A stretch of 63,284 nt of DNA, filler included, from Chiloscyllium plagiosum (lineage: Eukaryota), in assembly GCF_004010195.1 (NCBI RefSeq). It is 3 parts of one record of this genome, joined end to end, with 100 filler letters (N's around TTAATTAATTAA, not from the genome) between each part and the next. Parts side by side here need not be neighbours in the genome. Positions count along the whole stretch, not along the records: positions 27,190 to 58,568 come from NC_057710.1; 2 more parts are not named here. One strand, written 5' to 3'. The translations under genes were made by a program, and so were the position numbers. The notes beneath the pieces are model-generated. The model worked only from the letters and a program-made list of their open reading frames with translations, searched no databases and was not told the origin of the DNA. Below, piece by piece: positions 39,031-52,090 of the stretch. Position 1 is the stretch's first letter, and each line of letters opens with the position of its first letter.

Positions 39031-40285
39031 AATAAAGTAGGGCTGAATCAGCACAGCTTCATCAAGGAGAGATCATGACTGACAGATCTGTTAGAATTCT
39101 TTGAGGGAGTAATGAGCAAGGTAGACAAAGGAGAGCCAGTGGATCCAATCCTATTTGGATTTGCAGAAGGCCTTGGGCAAGATGTCACTCAGGAGGCTAC
39201 TGAATAAGATAAGAACCCATGGTATTATGGGCAAAGTACTGGCATGGATAGATGATTAGCTGACTGGCAGAAGGTCGAGAGTGGGATAAAGGGATCTTTT
39301 TCAGGATGACAGCTGATGATTAGTGGAGTTCCATAGGAGACAATATTGGGACCACAACTATCCATGTTATACATTAACAATCTGGACAAAGGAACTGAGG
39401 GTATTGCTGCTACGTTGTAGATGACACAAAGATAGGCGGAGGGTCAGATAGTGTTGAGGAAGTGGGAAGACTGCAGAAGCACTTGGACAGGCTAGGCGAG
39501 TGGTCAAAGAAACGACAAATGAAATACAGTATGGCAAAGTGTGAGGTTATAAGTTTTGATCGGAAGTATAGAGACATAAACTATTTTCTAACCAGGGAAA
39601 GGCTTTCGGAAATCTGAAACACAAAAGGACTTAAACATAGCAAACATAATAGTGGAGCAGGCACGATGAGCTGAATGACCTAATTCTGCTCCTTTTATTT
39701 GCTATTCTTAAAGGAACCACTCACAAAATGGCATCGAGGCCACTCAGAATGTTTCAGTCTGGGCGTAATAGATTATCAAAATTTAAACCCGTGGGATTAA
39801 AGTGGATGTGGTTGAGTGGATTCAACATTGGCTAAGAGTCAGACAGTACAGATTATTTGTGAATAGTTGTTTTATGGTGCGAGGGAACTGTGCAATGATC
39901 TCAACCAGGAGTGAGTTTTGGAACCATTGTGATTTTTAAAATAAACTTTAATTATTGAGTTATGGGCTGTAGAGAGCATAACTTGTAAGTTTGTAGAGCA
40001 TTCAAAAATAATGAGGAAGTCTGTGCCCTCTCATTCCTGATCCTTCAACGAGTGGTAACAAATTATCCCTATCTACTCTGTCCAGACACCTTGTGGTTTG
40101 AGTATGTCCATCAGACCTGCTCTCAGCCTACCTCTCTCCAAGGAATACAATCTGGACGAGTTCCATCTGCGTTCAAAACTGAAGTTCTTCCTTACTTCGA
40201 ACAATTCTCATTAATCTTTTCTGTACTGTCTTTCCAATACCTTCACATCCTTCCTAAAGAGTGATACGCAAAACTGAATGCAGTA

Positions 40286-40762
40286 GAGTCATAGAGATGT
40301 AAAGCTCAGAAACAGACCATTCGGTCCGATTCTTCCATGCTGACCAGATATCCCAACCTAATCCAGTCCCTTTGGCCAGCATCTGGCCCATGTCGCTCCA
40401 AACCCTTCCTATTCATATACTCATCCAGATGCCTTTTAAATGTTGTAATTGTACTAGCCTCCACCATTTCCTCTGGCAACTCCTTCCATACACATACTAC
40501 CCTCTGTGTGAAAAAGTTGCCCCTCAGGTCCCTTTTATATCTTTCCCCTCTCAACCTAAACCTATGCCCTCTAGTTCTGGACTCCCTCACCCCGGGGAAA
40601 AGACCTTGTCTATTTATCCAATCCATGCCCCTCGTGATTTTATAAATCTCAATAAGGTCACCCCTCAGCCTCTGACACTCCAGGGAAAACTACGCCAGCG
40701 TATCCAGCCTCTCCCCATAGCTCAAACCCTCTTTTCTGAATCCTTTCAAGTTTCACAACATT
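40286..40762 (-). mobile_element. HER1/CR1 LINE 3' portion
   Basis: ESRTRGH...FFTQRVVCVWKELP. Confidence 0.9.
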
Positions 40763-41047
40763 CTTCTGCTAAGGTTGAACTAATGTCTTATATGTGTTCA
40801 ATATAACCTACCTTATGTTGTATTGTATGCTACTATTAGTAAAGCCCAAATGTTTTATTAGCTGCTCCCTCATCTTGTCGCATTCAATGATGTGCGTACA
40901 TTTAACCCATCTTGTCCTGCACCCCCTTTAACACGGTGCCATTTGTTTTATTTATGTTATCTCAAATCTTTCAATCTAGGTCAGAATCACTCCCCCTGAC
41001 ACAAATCAGCAAAACGTTATCTTCTTACCTTTGTATGTTTTATTTAT

Positions 41048-41931
41048 GGGCCCAATTTCCAATTCCCGATCCATTCCCAACAAATGCAGTGCAGCAAAGA
41101 CATACAGATAGCATCTGAGAGAATATTCTCAGAGGCTATGTTCCTGTTAACCACAATTAGCTGCCATGTTTCAGAAAGTAAACATATTTTAAAAGCCTTA
41201 ATCTTACTTGAAGAGTTATTGAGAAAAGCGAAGGGGTGAGAGTAAAGGAGTCCCAGTAGCTGAGTGATGCGGTCAGGTTTGTGATGGGAGGGGGGTAGGA
41301 GGACCATGTGGGTGGGTGAGGGGATAGGATGGGAAAGGTGAATATGTGGCTCTGGTGTCAGATGTGCGAGGGGGCACAAGCAGCAGGTGGGTGAGGGGGT
41401 CCAACTGACAGGGAAGCCAGTGAGAGTGCAGCTCAAGTCATTGGCTTACAGTGGGACATTCAAGTGAACAGAATGAGGTCAAGCAATGTAGTCCAACGTC
41501 CAGGGAGTGGTAGAGTATCAGGGGTGGGGCAATGGAAGACGTGGTTTGTTGTAGTGATGGAAGGCTCTGGATGTGCAGGGAGTGGTGTGAATGTCCAGGA
41601 AGGGCTATTGGATCAAGTGTCCATGAACGCGGGACCATTGTGAGTGATCAGCAGTCAGTGAGATAGTTAGACTGGAGAGAGAGAGATTTAAATTTTTGTG
41701 AAATTCTTTGCCGAATTATCCAGTAACTCATTTGGTAACTCCAAAGTTTCTGATTCTAATTTAAGAGTTGAGGATGTTTTGGAGTGTTCGAGACACCGGG
41801 TAATTGCCTATTGGAGGTTTAAACTTTGTGGGCACGTAGTCAGTGTCTTGGGACTTCAGAAGAGTTATGACACAGATATTTCAGGGTACGTCTGTTCCCC
41901 AACTATCTAGAGACCAGAAATTCTGGGCCTC
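41048..41931. mobile_element. Possible old non-autonomous DNA transposon (Harbinger-like ends)
   Basis: Imperfect terminal inverted repeats GGCCCAATTTCC / GAAATTCTGGGCC. Confidence 0.35.
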
Positions 41932-42434
41932 TGTCTCTCCATGTTATTACCAAAATGAAATGTCTCACATTTCCTGATTTTGCAATGTTGCCAAAAGTAT
42001 ATGATCACTTAAAGATCAAGTTTCTACTTTATACTGAATTTATGGTCAAAATCTAGCGGGGATGGAGTAATAGTTTGCATGAATAACGTTTTGATGAGGT
42101 TGAAATCTACCTGATTCCGTTATCTCACGATCACAGAGTTGCAAGATTAGACTCTTTTCTGACTAATCCCATCCTGAAAAGTTGCATAAACCATGCTGAA
42201 AGTATGTATGCAGACACAAAGAACTGAACATTTGATTTCAGTCGTGTGCTGTTCTATGATTCTATCAATCAGTGGGTTTGCACTGTGATGTATATAGCTT
42301 CAGCAACAAGCAGGTCGTAAGTAATAGCATTTGGATTTTTGTTTTAGCAAAATGTAAGTTCTCAGCCTCTGCCAGGGACATGTGAAAAATGGTGGATGCT
42401 TTTGGGCAGAAGTCAGGATTAACATTTGCATTGT

Positions 42435-42812
42435 TCTTGTTTATTTTTAAACATTTTTATTAAAAAGAAGAAAAAAAAATTCTTTTGAATATTGCAATAA
42501 ATACAAAACCAAACAATTCAAACCAATATTAAAAATCAAAACTGCAAATTACATAAGTAAATACGAACTGATAACTAAGCTACAAAAGGCAAATCTTAAC
42601 AATAATAATAATGATAACAACAGTAACACAGCTCATGAATATAAAGCAATAGCCCTTGATCATCAAGTGCATAAATTTATATATGATCATTTGTTCGTAG
42701 TTCCTCCTGTCTGGATACCAAACCTGTTACTTAGAATTGCCCTGGTTATATAAAGGCTCTTATTAATATGGCAGACAAACCTGTATGCAGACAGTCCAAA
42801 AAGGGCCGCCAT
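42435..42812 (-). mobile_element. L1 3' end (ORF2 C-terminus, 3'UTR, polyA)
   Basis: Homologous to 62764-63180; AATAAA and A-rich tail on the minus strand. Confidence 0.7.
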
Positions 42813-43600
42813 GAGGAATTTGCAACAGCAACAGTATGTGATGGATGACAGTTACAAGAAGGGTGAAAGTCTCAGATACAGTCACATAGATGGGTTAACT
42901 CCAGGAAGGATAAGAGAGGTAGGCACCTAGGGCAGGAGTCTTTTGTGGATATACCCATTTCAAATAGGTATGCTGTTTTGGAAAATGTAGGGGGTGATGG
43001 ATTCTCAGGGGAACGTAGCACAAACAGCCAAGTTTCTGGTATTGAGACTGGCTCTAATGCAACGAGGGGTACGTCGAGGTCCTCAAGGGTAGTAATATTG
43101 GATTACTCCCAGTGCTACGAGCTAGTGAGGGCAGGAATAGGAGGATAGAGCAGATGAATGCATGGCTGAGGAGCTGGTATATGGGAGAAGGATTCACATA
43201 TTTGGATCATTGGAATCTCTTTTGGGGTAGAAGTGACCTGTACAAGAAGGACGGATTGCACCTAAATTGGAAGGGGACTAATATACTGGCAGGGAGATTT
43301 GCTAGAACTGCTTGGGAGTATATAAACTCGTAAGTTGGTGTCAGGGTGGAGGGTGGCGGAGTGGGACCCAGGGAGATAGTCAGGAAAGAGATCGATCTGA
43401 GACTGGTACAGTTCAGAACAGAAGTGAGTCAAACAGAAGAGTATATAGGAAGTAGGAGTATACTTAAAAGGGAAATCAGAAGGGCAAATCAGGGACATGA
43501 GATAGCTTTGGCAAATAGAATTAAGGAGAATCCAAAGGGGTTTTACAAATATATTAAGGTCAAAAGGGTAACTAGGGAGAGAATAGGGCACCTCAAAGAT
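42813..43600 (+). mobile_element. CR1 fragment: ORF1 (SGNH esterase, internally deleted) plus an ORF2 piece
   Basis: ISNRYAVL; EQMNAWLRSW..EGFTYLDHW...KKDGLHLN; IKENPKGFYKYI. Confidence 0.8.
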
Positions 43601-43614
43601 CTGCAAGGTGGCCT

Positions 43615-44677
43615 TTCCGGCTATCCGACCGACTCCCACAGTTACCTCCTCCCACCCTGCCCCCTGTAAAAAAAACACCATCCCATTTTCCCAATTCCTT
43701 TGCCTCCGCCGCATCTGCTCCCAGGAGGACCAATTCCACTACCGAACAACCCAAATGACCGCCTCCTTCAAAGACCGCAATTTCCCCACCGACGTGGTCG
43801 ACGATGCTCTCCACCACATCTCCTCCACTTCCTGCACCTCCGCCCTTGAACCCCACCCCTCCAATCACCACCGGATAGAACCCTACTGGTCCTCACCTTC
43901 CACCCCACCAACCTCCGGATACATCGTATCATCTGCCGTCATTTCCGCCACCTCCAAACAGACCCCACCACCAGGGATATGTTTCCCTCCCCACCCTATC
44001 AGCGTTCCCAAGAGACCACTCCCTCCATGACTCCCTCGTCAGGTCCACACCCCTACCAACCCAACCTCCACTCCCAGCACCTTCCCCTGCAACCACAAGA
44101 AATGCAAAACTTGCACCCTCACCTCCCTCCAAGGCCCCAACGGATACTTCCATATCCGTCGCAAATTCACCTGCACCTCCACACCCATCATTTACTGCAT
44201 CCGCTGCACCCGATGTGGCCTCGTCTACCTTGGGGAGACAGGCCGCCTACCTGCGGAACATTTCAGGGAACACCTCTGGGACACCCGCACCAATCAACCC
44301 ACCCACCCCGTGGCTCAACACTTCAACTCTTCCTCCCACTCCACCAAGGACATGCAGGTCCTTGGCCTCCTCCATCGCCAGACCCTGACCACACGACGCC
44401 TGGAGGAAGAGCGCCTCATCTTCCGCCTAGGAACCCTCCAACCACAAGGGATGAATGTAGATTTCNNNNNNNNNNNNNNNNNNNNNNNNNNNNNNNNNNN
44501 NNNCCCCCCACCTTTTATCTCAGCCCGCTTGGCACACCAGCCTCATTCCTGAAGGAGGGCTTATGCCCGAAACGTCGATTCTCCTGCTCCTCGGATGCTG
44601 CCTGTCCTGCTATGTTTTTCCAGCACCACATTTTTCAACTCTGGTCTCCAGCATCTGCAGTCCTCACTTTCTCCTCC
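43615..44677 (+). mobile_element. Penelope-like element 3' part: RT C-terminus, CxxC linker, GIY-YIG endonuclease and pLTR with hammerhead (~44547-44580)
   Basis: SSHPAPCKKNTIPFSQFL.LRRICS; CNHKKCKTC; IYCIRC..CG.VYLGETGR; VAQHFN...EERLIFRLGTLQPQGMN. Confidence 0.92.
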
Positions 44678-46110
44678 CTGAATATGAGATAACCAACCCC
44701 TAACATAGACTTTAGCTGTTTCCCAAAGAATGGGTGAGCTACTGGTCGAGCCTGAATTAGTATCTAAGAAAGCCTTGAGCTCAGTAGGTAATAACTCAAA
44801 AAACTTGCTGCCCTTGAGGATGAAGGGGTCTCGTCGCCAGTGCCTTGGGCCTATCATTGTATCCTTACTCTTCACATGAAATACACTGAGGTGTGATCGG
44901 AAATAGTGATATTGCCAATTGTACATGACGCCACTGAGCCCAGATGTGCAACGGGGATCAGAAAATGATCAATCCTGGTATGGCATTTATGTGGGTTCGA
45001 GAAGAATGTGAAATCCCTACAATTAGGGTGAAGGTGCCTCCAAACATCTACCAACCCCAATTCAGCACACAGGTCCCTTAATTGTTTTGGTCGCAAAGAA
45101 GATATCAGTGGGCCTGTGGGCAATCTGTCTACCGTAGGGTCGAGGAGACAACTGAAATCCCTTCCTACAATGATATGTTGAGATGCAAGGTTAACAAGTC
45201 TAGAAAGTGCATCTGTCAAGAAATTAAGGGGCTGGGCTGGGAGACAGTAAACATCTAAGATCCCATATTCTTCCCCATGTATCAAAGCTTTAAGGATTAC
45301 AAATCTCCCATGTGTATCTTTAATGCACTCTAATAACTTAAATGGGAGATTCTTTTTAACTAAAATGGCCACCTCTCTACTCCACAAATTGAAAGATGAA
45401 AAATAAACCTGGTCATACCCATTCTGTTGCAACTTCAAATGCTCTGCATTATCCAAGTGTGTTTCTTGTAATAAGGCAACATCCACTCTCTCCCTTTTAA
45501 GGCTGGAAAGTACCTTCTTTCTCTTGACAGTTGAGTGACTCCCCTTAATATTCCAGGTGCACCACTTAAACACATCCTTAGACATAATCTTCCACAGCGC
45601 CATCTAGACTCCAGAGAGGAGGAACCCAAACTACAGATCACTGAGCTTTAATGCAAAAGAAACCACAAAATCCAAACAAATACACAGGCTAAAATAACTA
45701 CATCCAATAGATCTACAAAACATATAAAAACTGTATACAGCAAAAACAGAAAAACAAAAAATCACCAAAAGCACTGATTTGAGAAATTTACCCCCTGCTC
45801 CCCCATTTAAAGGGGTTACCTACACACCCTACAACCTTACTAACCATCCCAATCACCCTCTCAACTCCTACCAGCTCGGGTCGCGTCATATACGCTGACC
45901 ACCCAGTAGAGGAAAACAACGCCAAGAGCAAGGTTATTACAAGAGGCAAGTAAACTAAAAATGAATATGACACCCATCCCTTAACATAACTTAGAAATTA
46001 AAAATGAATACTCTATCCATCCCGGACATCATCTCACATAATTTATTACCAGAAAGTTGACTCCACCATGTCCTTTTTAAAGAAGAGCAAACCCAAACAG
46101 CTCTGTCCTC

Positions 46111-46760
46111 TAGGGGCAGCATGGTGGCTCCGTGGGGTGGCACTGTGGCTCAGTGGTTAGCACTGCTGCCTCACAGCTCCAGGGAATCGGGTTTGATTCT
46201 AGCCTTGGGCGACTGTCTGTGTGGAGTTTGTACATTCTCCCCGTGTCTGCGTGGGTTTCCTCTTGGTGCTCCGGTTTCCTCCCACAGTCCAAAGATGTGC
46301 AGATTAGGTGAATTGGCCATGCTAAATTGCCCATAATGTTCAGGGATATGTAGGTCCCAGGTGAGTTTCCTCCTTTCTTCGGCATTCTCCAGTTGCAAGG
46401 ACAAAAAGTAAGTAAGATTTTTCAGGGTTCCAGCTCCTTTACTGTGCTTTTACGCACAGTATAGTGTTTTGGATGAGTTCTGACTGTGTCTGGCCAGTTT
46501 TGCAGCGCAGGGTCCAGCAAATGCGATCCTACCAGGACAGCACCATCTTGGACCCCCCCCCATAATACTTTTTTTAATACTGAGTTTTAGCAAGTCCAGA
46601 AAATCCATGGTTACAGCATTACATTTAGGTGCATTAGTCAGGGGTAAATTTAGGGTAAGGGAATGGGCCTTGATGGGCTACTCTTCAGAGGGTTGGTGTG
46701 GACTTGTTGGGCCCCGAAGTGCCTATTTCCATACTGTAGGGATTCTGATTCTGATTCTCT
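46111..46760 (+). mobile_element. HE1 SINE inserted in the L1 spacer and split by a templated insert (46354-46627)
   Basis: HE1 head and V-domain at 46111-46353; tail resumes at 46628 and ends in (GATTCT)n. Confidence 0.85.
46354..46627 (+). repeat. ~274-bp direct copy of 47579-47853
   Basis: Near-identical by direct comparison. Confidence 0.93.
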
Positions 46761-48439
46761 GCACCTATTTGGCCGTTCGACTTAAGTTAACGTGTCTGCA
46801 AAGTTCTTCGCTTTCTCTGATGAGTCGAACAAATGTATGGATCCATTCTGATTGATCCAAAGCCAGCTGAATATCCTAAAGAATACTGGATCCCAAGCAC
46901 TCTCAATCTCCTCTTGACGCCATCATAGGAATCTTTTTCCAGACCACTGCCACCAAGAAGTCTTGAAAAACATGACGCTAACGCCGCCACATACCAACGT
47001 CACTGGGTCTCTACCCTGGGTTCAAGAGGCTTTAATGACCCTCTGCTTGTCTTTATAATGATGGAACCTTACCAGGACAGGGTATGGGTCCTGATCCGCA
47101 CCTGATTTCCATGCCACGATCCAGTGGGCTCTCTCACTTGTTATCCTTCCCTTCTCAGCCTCCAAACCAAGGAACTCCAGGAACCACTTCTTCAAGAACT
47201 CCACCAGCCACTCATCTTCCATCCCCTCCGGTACGCCAATATTGCGGTTGTTTCTTTCTTCTGCCTCAGTTTGAGATCATCTACCAGATGCAAGAGACCA
47301 TGGACCTGTGTTTTCAGGGTTTCATTCTGGCTCTTGGAGGAGTCAGTCTCTGCCTGTACCCCTGCAGCCCAGCACTCAAGCTCATCAGTCCTTTTTCCCA
47401 CGTCTTGCAGCATAGTAGATACAGAAGCCCGCTTCTCTTCAATTTTACCCTGGATCTGCCCTCCCCTCCCCTCCCCCCCACCTCACCCCCCAGGACCTAG
47501 CATGATTTGGCCAGCTCCTCAACCAGGGTCTGGTGAGCAAGCAAGCCCACTGCTTCAGAGGGCTGCGGCGTGGCCCCAGTCCCAGGTGAGTTTCTTCCTT
47601 TCTTCGGCATTCTCCAGTTGCAAGGACAAAAAGTAAGAAAGATTTTTCAGGGTTCCAGCTCCTTTACTGTGCTTTTACGCACAGTATAGTGTTTTGGATG
47701 AGTTCTGGCTGTGTCTGGCCAGTTTTGCAGCGCAGGGTCCAGCATATGCGATCCTACCAGGACAGCACCATCTTGGACCTCCCCCCCATAATACTTTTTT
47801 AAATACTGAGTTTTAGCAAGTCCAGAAAATCCATGGTTACAGCATTACATTTATACATTTTTAAAGAAGCCATTTCAGAAGACTGGTGAAAGTGAAGAAA
47901 CCAGACCAATCAATTTTAAGACTGAAAAATGTGAAGTTTTCTATTTGAATGGAACAATGAGAAGAGGCACAATAAATTAAATTGTATCGTCTTAATGAGA
48001 TTATGCTAAGTGAATGACCTGAAGGTAGACATACGCAACTCTTTGAAGGGGCTGATGTGTTGAGAGGGTTGTTAAAAGAAACACACAATCCTTGGTTTAT
48101 AAATAGAAGCATAAATACAAAAGGAAGCAAGAAATACAGGTCATGGTTCAATCGCCAAACTTCTTCTCTAGCTTAGGCACTCTAACAAACAGGCGTGTTT
48201 CAACATTTTGCAACATCTTTGACCCGATAACAATCTGACGCACATCCATGCATTCATTTCAAAAGCAGTTTTCTTGGAAACTTTGAATCGCAGAAAGCTA
48301 TTTCAATAGTATTCAATAATTATTTCTCAGGATTTTATAAGGCCACTAGGCAGCCATTTCTTAGACACATGATAATAACTTATAAAAAGGGAATTGGAAC
48401 ACTTCTTCAACAGAAAAAAAAAATAGGCAGGCCAAGGGG

Positions 48440-50195
48440 AATATGAGAATGATCATGGAGAAGGTAGGGTCGATCAGGGATAGCATAGGGAACTTGTGCG
48501 TGGAATCTGAGCAAATAGGGGAAGTCCTAAATGATGTTTCTGCTTCGGTTTTCACTAAGGAAAGGGACCTTGTTGTGAATGAGAACTTTGAGGAGCTAAG
48601 ATACAGGCTTGAACAGATAAAGATTGATGAAGTTGATATGCTGGAAATTTTGGTAAACATTAAGATTAATTGGTCCCCAGGGCCAGACCAGATTTATCCT
48701 AGGCTGCTCCGGGAAGTGAGGAAGGAGGTTGCTAAGCTGCTGGCAAGGATCTTTGCCTCCTCACTCTCCATGGGAGTCGTACCGGAGGATTGGAAGGAGG
48801 CGAATGTTGTTCCTCTTTTCAAGAAGGGTAATAGGGAAATCCCTGGCAATTACAGACCAGTCAGTCTTGCGTCTGTGATCAGCAAGGTTTTGGAAAGAAT
48901 TCTGAGGGATAGGATTGATGACTATTTGGCAAAGCATAGTGTGATTAAAGGCAGTCAGCATGGCTTTGTGAGGGGCAGGTCATGCCTTACAAATCTTATT
49001 GAGTTCTTTGAGGAGGTGACAAGACAAGTCAATGAAGGTCGAGCAGTGGATGTGGTGTATATCGACTTCAGCAAGGCATTTGATAAGGTTCCCCATGGTA
49101 GGCTCATTCATAAAGTCAGGAAGTATGGGATACAGGGAGATTTGGCTATCTGGATTCAGAATTGGCTGGCTGACAGAAGGCAGAGGATGATTGTAGATGG
49201 AAAGAGTATTCTGCCTGAGGTCAGTGTCGAGTGGGGTCCCACAGAGCTTTGCTCTTGGGCCTCTGCTCTTTGTAGTATTTATAAATGACTTGGATGATGA
49301 GGTTGAGGGGTGGGTTAGTAAATTTACAGATGACACAAAGGTTGGAGATGCCATTAATAGTGTAGAAGGCTATTGCAGACTGCAGCACAACATAGACAGG
49401 ATGCAAAGCTGGGTGAGAAATGGCAAATGGAATTCAACCTGGATAAATGCAAAGTGATGCATTTTGGAAGGTCAAACTCGAATGCTGAAGGATTCTTGGC
49501 AGTGTGGAGGAACAGAGAGATCTTGGTGTTCAAGTATATAGATCCCTCAAAGTTGCCAAGTGGATAGGGCTGTTAAGAAAGCATATGGTGTTTTGGCTTT
49601 CATTAACAGGGCGGTCGAGTTTAAGAGCCGTGAGGTTTTGCTACAGCTTTACAAGTCCCTGGTGAGACCACACTTGAAATATTGTGTCCAGTTCTGGTCG
49701 CCCTACTATAGGAAAGATACAGAGGCTTTGGAGAATGTGCAAGGAAGGTTTACCAGGATGTTGCCTGGACTGGAGAGCTTGCCTTATGAAGAAAGGTTGA
49801 CTAAGCTCGGACTTTTCTCTCTGGAGAGAAGGAGGAAGAGAGGAGACCTGATCGAGGTATACAAGGTTATGAGAGGCATGGATAGAGTCAATAGCCAGAG
49901 ACTTTTCCCCAGGGCACGATTGACTGGTACAAGAAGTCATAGTTTGAAGATATCAGGAGGAAGGTATAGAGGTAGGTTCTTTACGCAGAGAGTTGTGAAT
50001 GTATGGAATGTATTGTCGGTGGTGGTAGAAGCAGAGTCGTTGGGGACATTTAAGCGACTGCTGGGTATGCACATGGATAGCAATGAATTAAGTGGTGTGT
50101 AGGTTAAGTTATTTTATGTTACATTAGGATTAATCCTCGGCACAACATCATGGGCCTAAAGGCCTGTTCTGTGCTGTACTTTTCTATGTTCTATG
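48440..50195 (+). mobile_element. 5'-truncated CR1 LINE (RT to 3' end), frameshifted
   Basis: PGPDQI; VPEDWKEANVVPLFKKG; GNYRPVSL; QHGFVRGRSCLTNL; DFSKAFDKVPH; KFTDDTK; (TTCTATG)n tail. Confidence 0.95.
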
Positions 50196-51458
50196 CTCTC
50201 TATGTGGGAATACCATCATTTGCAGTTTGCCCTCCAAGCTGTTCACCATCTTGACTTTAACATATATCGCAGGTCCTTCAATGTTGGGTCAAAATCCTGG
50301 AATTCCCTCTTTAACAAGGCAGGATGTAAAAAAAAATAATCAAGAACTGCAAATGCTGCAAATCAGAAGCAAGTCAGAAATCTCTGGGAAAACTCAGCAA
50401 GTCAAGCAACACTTGGCAGTACAAGTGCTGCCAGATCTGCTGAGATTTTTCAAGGAAGGATGTGTACTCATTGGCGAGAGTGCTGAAGAGATTTACAAGA
50501 ATGGTTCTCAAGCTGAGATACAATACAATCTATGAGGATAGATTGGAGAGATTGACTGCTCTTCTTGGAGAGACAAAAGACGAAGAGGGGATCTGTTATG
50601 AATTTTCAGAATCATAAGGAGGTAGTTGGAGTAGATCGAGAGAAATTGTTCTTGCTCATAAAAGAATCAAGAATGAGAGGATGCAGATTTAATGTGTAAA
50701 TTCAATGTGTCCAAAAGTGATCCGGGGTTATGAAGTCTCATTGTGACATAATGGATAAATGCAACACGTTACTCATTCAACTATTAACTATGAGGGAGCA
50801 GTTAATTCGGTGAAAGGTTTAGTTATACAATATGTCGCATTGTCACCTCAGCACAAAGAGCTTTTAACTGTAAATCCACATTAAAGATGATTTTTTTTTC
50901 CAGCTGTTTATGCTGCAATATTTGCATTTCTCAAGCATCCATTAAATGGGTGGAGGGAGGGAACATATTATAAAGATACGTATGTTTCAACCTCAACTCA
51001 TGAAGTACAATTTATAAGCAAATAATGCCAGCAATAAATGTCCATGAATAAGAGGAGAATGCAGTGAAGAAACTGCTGAATGCTGGAATCCGTTTTGCTA
51101 ATATTATAATCAAACTGTCAAAGAATGACATATTAGTGTTAATTGCTAAGTTGAAGACTTTAGATGTAGTTAAACCATGAGACTGATTACTGTGTTTTGT
51201 TTATGAACAGTTTTAATCAGTTTTCAAGCCAATGATAATTCACCCTATAGGCGGAGTCGTAATATCCAAAAATAGCTGGCTCTGGGAAGAGATGTTAAAA
51301 TATTAAAAACCTCAAGTGAACCTCCAGATTTAATGGATCAAACACAAAATGGTGGAGAAATCCAGCAAGTCTGACAGCAGAGAGAAATAGAGTTATTGTT
51401 TTGAGTCTGGTATGATTCTTCTTCATGCTAGTTTTAATGGAGGTTGGATGGGGGCAGA

Positions 51459-52090
51459 TGTTATGGACCAGACCAGACTCCCTGAAAGTATAATAAGAAG
51501 GTAGCCTAGACCCTAACGTTTTCTGATTTTAAAAAAGATACGAAGTGCCTGTTCCAGATGCAATGCAACTGGTCAAATTATTGGACTTCAAGCAAAACCA
51601 AATTTATTTAAGCACTATGGTTAAAATGCAAACAAAAGAAAGAAGAATTTAGAATAATTTAACTATTGGAAAACTTAATCAAATAATGGATACAGTACCT
51701 ATTACTAATTAGCTGTTCCAATATAATAACATCCCATAAACACACCCTTGGCAAAAAGGAAAATTCAGACATTAATTCTTGCATGTAGTTCTCCAATCCA
51801 GGATGAAACAACATCAAAAGAGATTTCAGAGGAATTAGCAGCTAGGAATTATTCTCTGAAGCTTCCAACCCTCTGGAACCCCAAATAGCTTCTGACTGCT
51901 GAAAAAAATCAAAACCCAGAAATCCTGATCCGTGAGAGCTGGCCACACCCCCTCATGCTGTTTAATGAATAACCAAGGCCTCCCAAGCTGTTTAGTTAAG
52001 CAGTCTTCAGTAGCCAATTGGGCTCCTCTACCACTCTTCAAAAAACAAACCTAGGTCAAAATAATCTTTCAAAGTAACAACATTGTCACA
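51459..52090. mobile_element. Probable solo LTR (~630 bp)
   Basis: Begins TGTTATG, ends TTGTCACA; TTTATT (AATAAA on minus) inside; no clean TSD. Confidence 0.4.

Larger units (their letters stand above)
37115..39635 (+). mobile_element. Decayed CR1 ORF2 (APE endonuclease to RT) with nested pLTR modules
   Basis: NKINEL...DVVGIIETWL...YRKDR...GGGV (APE); ESGRVPED; later SGVP and DDTK remnants. Confidence 0.85.
44678..47787 (-). mobile_element. Fish-type L1: 5'UTR, broken ORF1 (~47620-46790), spacer and ORF2 APE endonuclease (45603-44680), truncated before RT
   Basis: TWNIKG...DVALLQETHL...TRIDHFL...ISDH (APE); ORF1 ERAH...PVLVRFHHYKDKQRV. Confidence 0.9.

Noticed and set aside
43979..44692. 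237-aa Pro/His-rich ORF
   Set aside because: Alternative frame of the C-rich Penelope GIY-YIG region, and it spans an N gap
44872..45603. Host AP endonuclease gene
   Set aside because: L1 ORF2 endonuclease domain downstream of a broken ORF1
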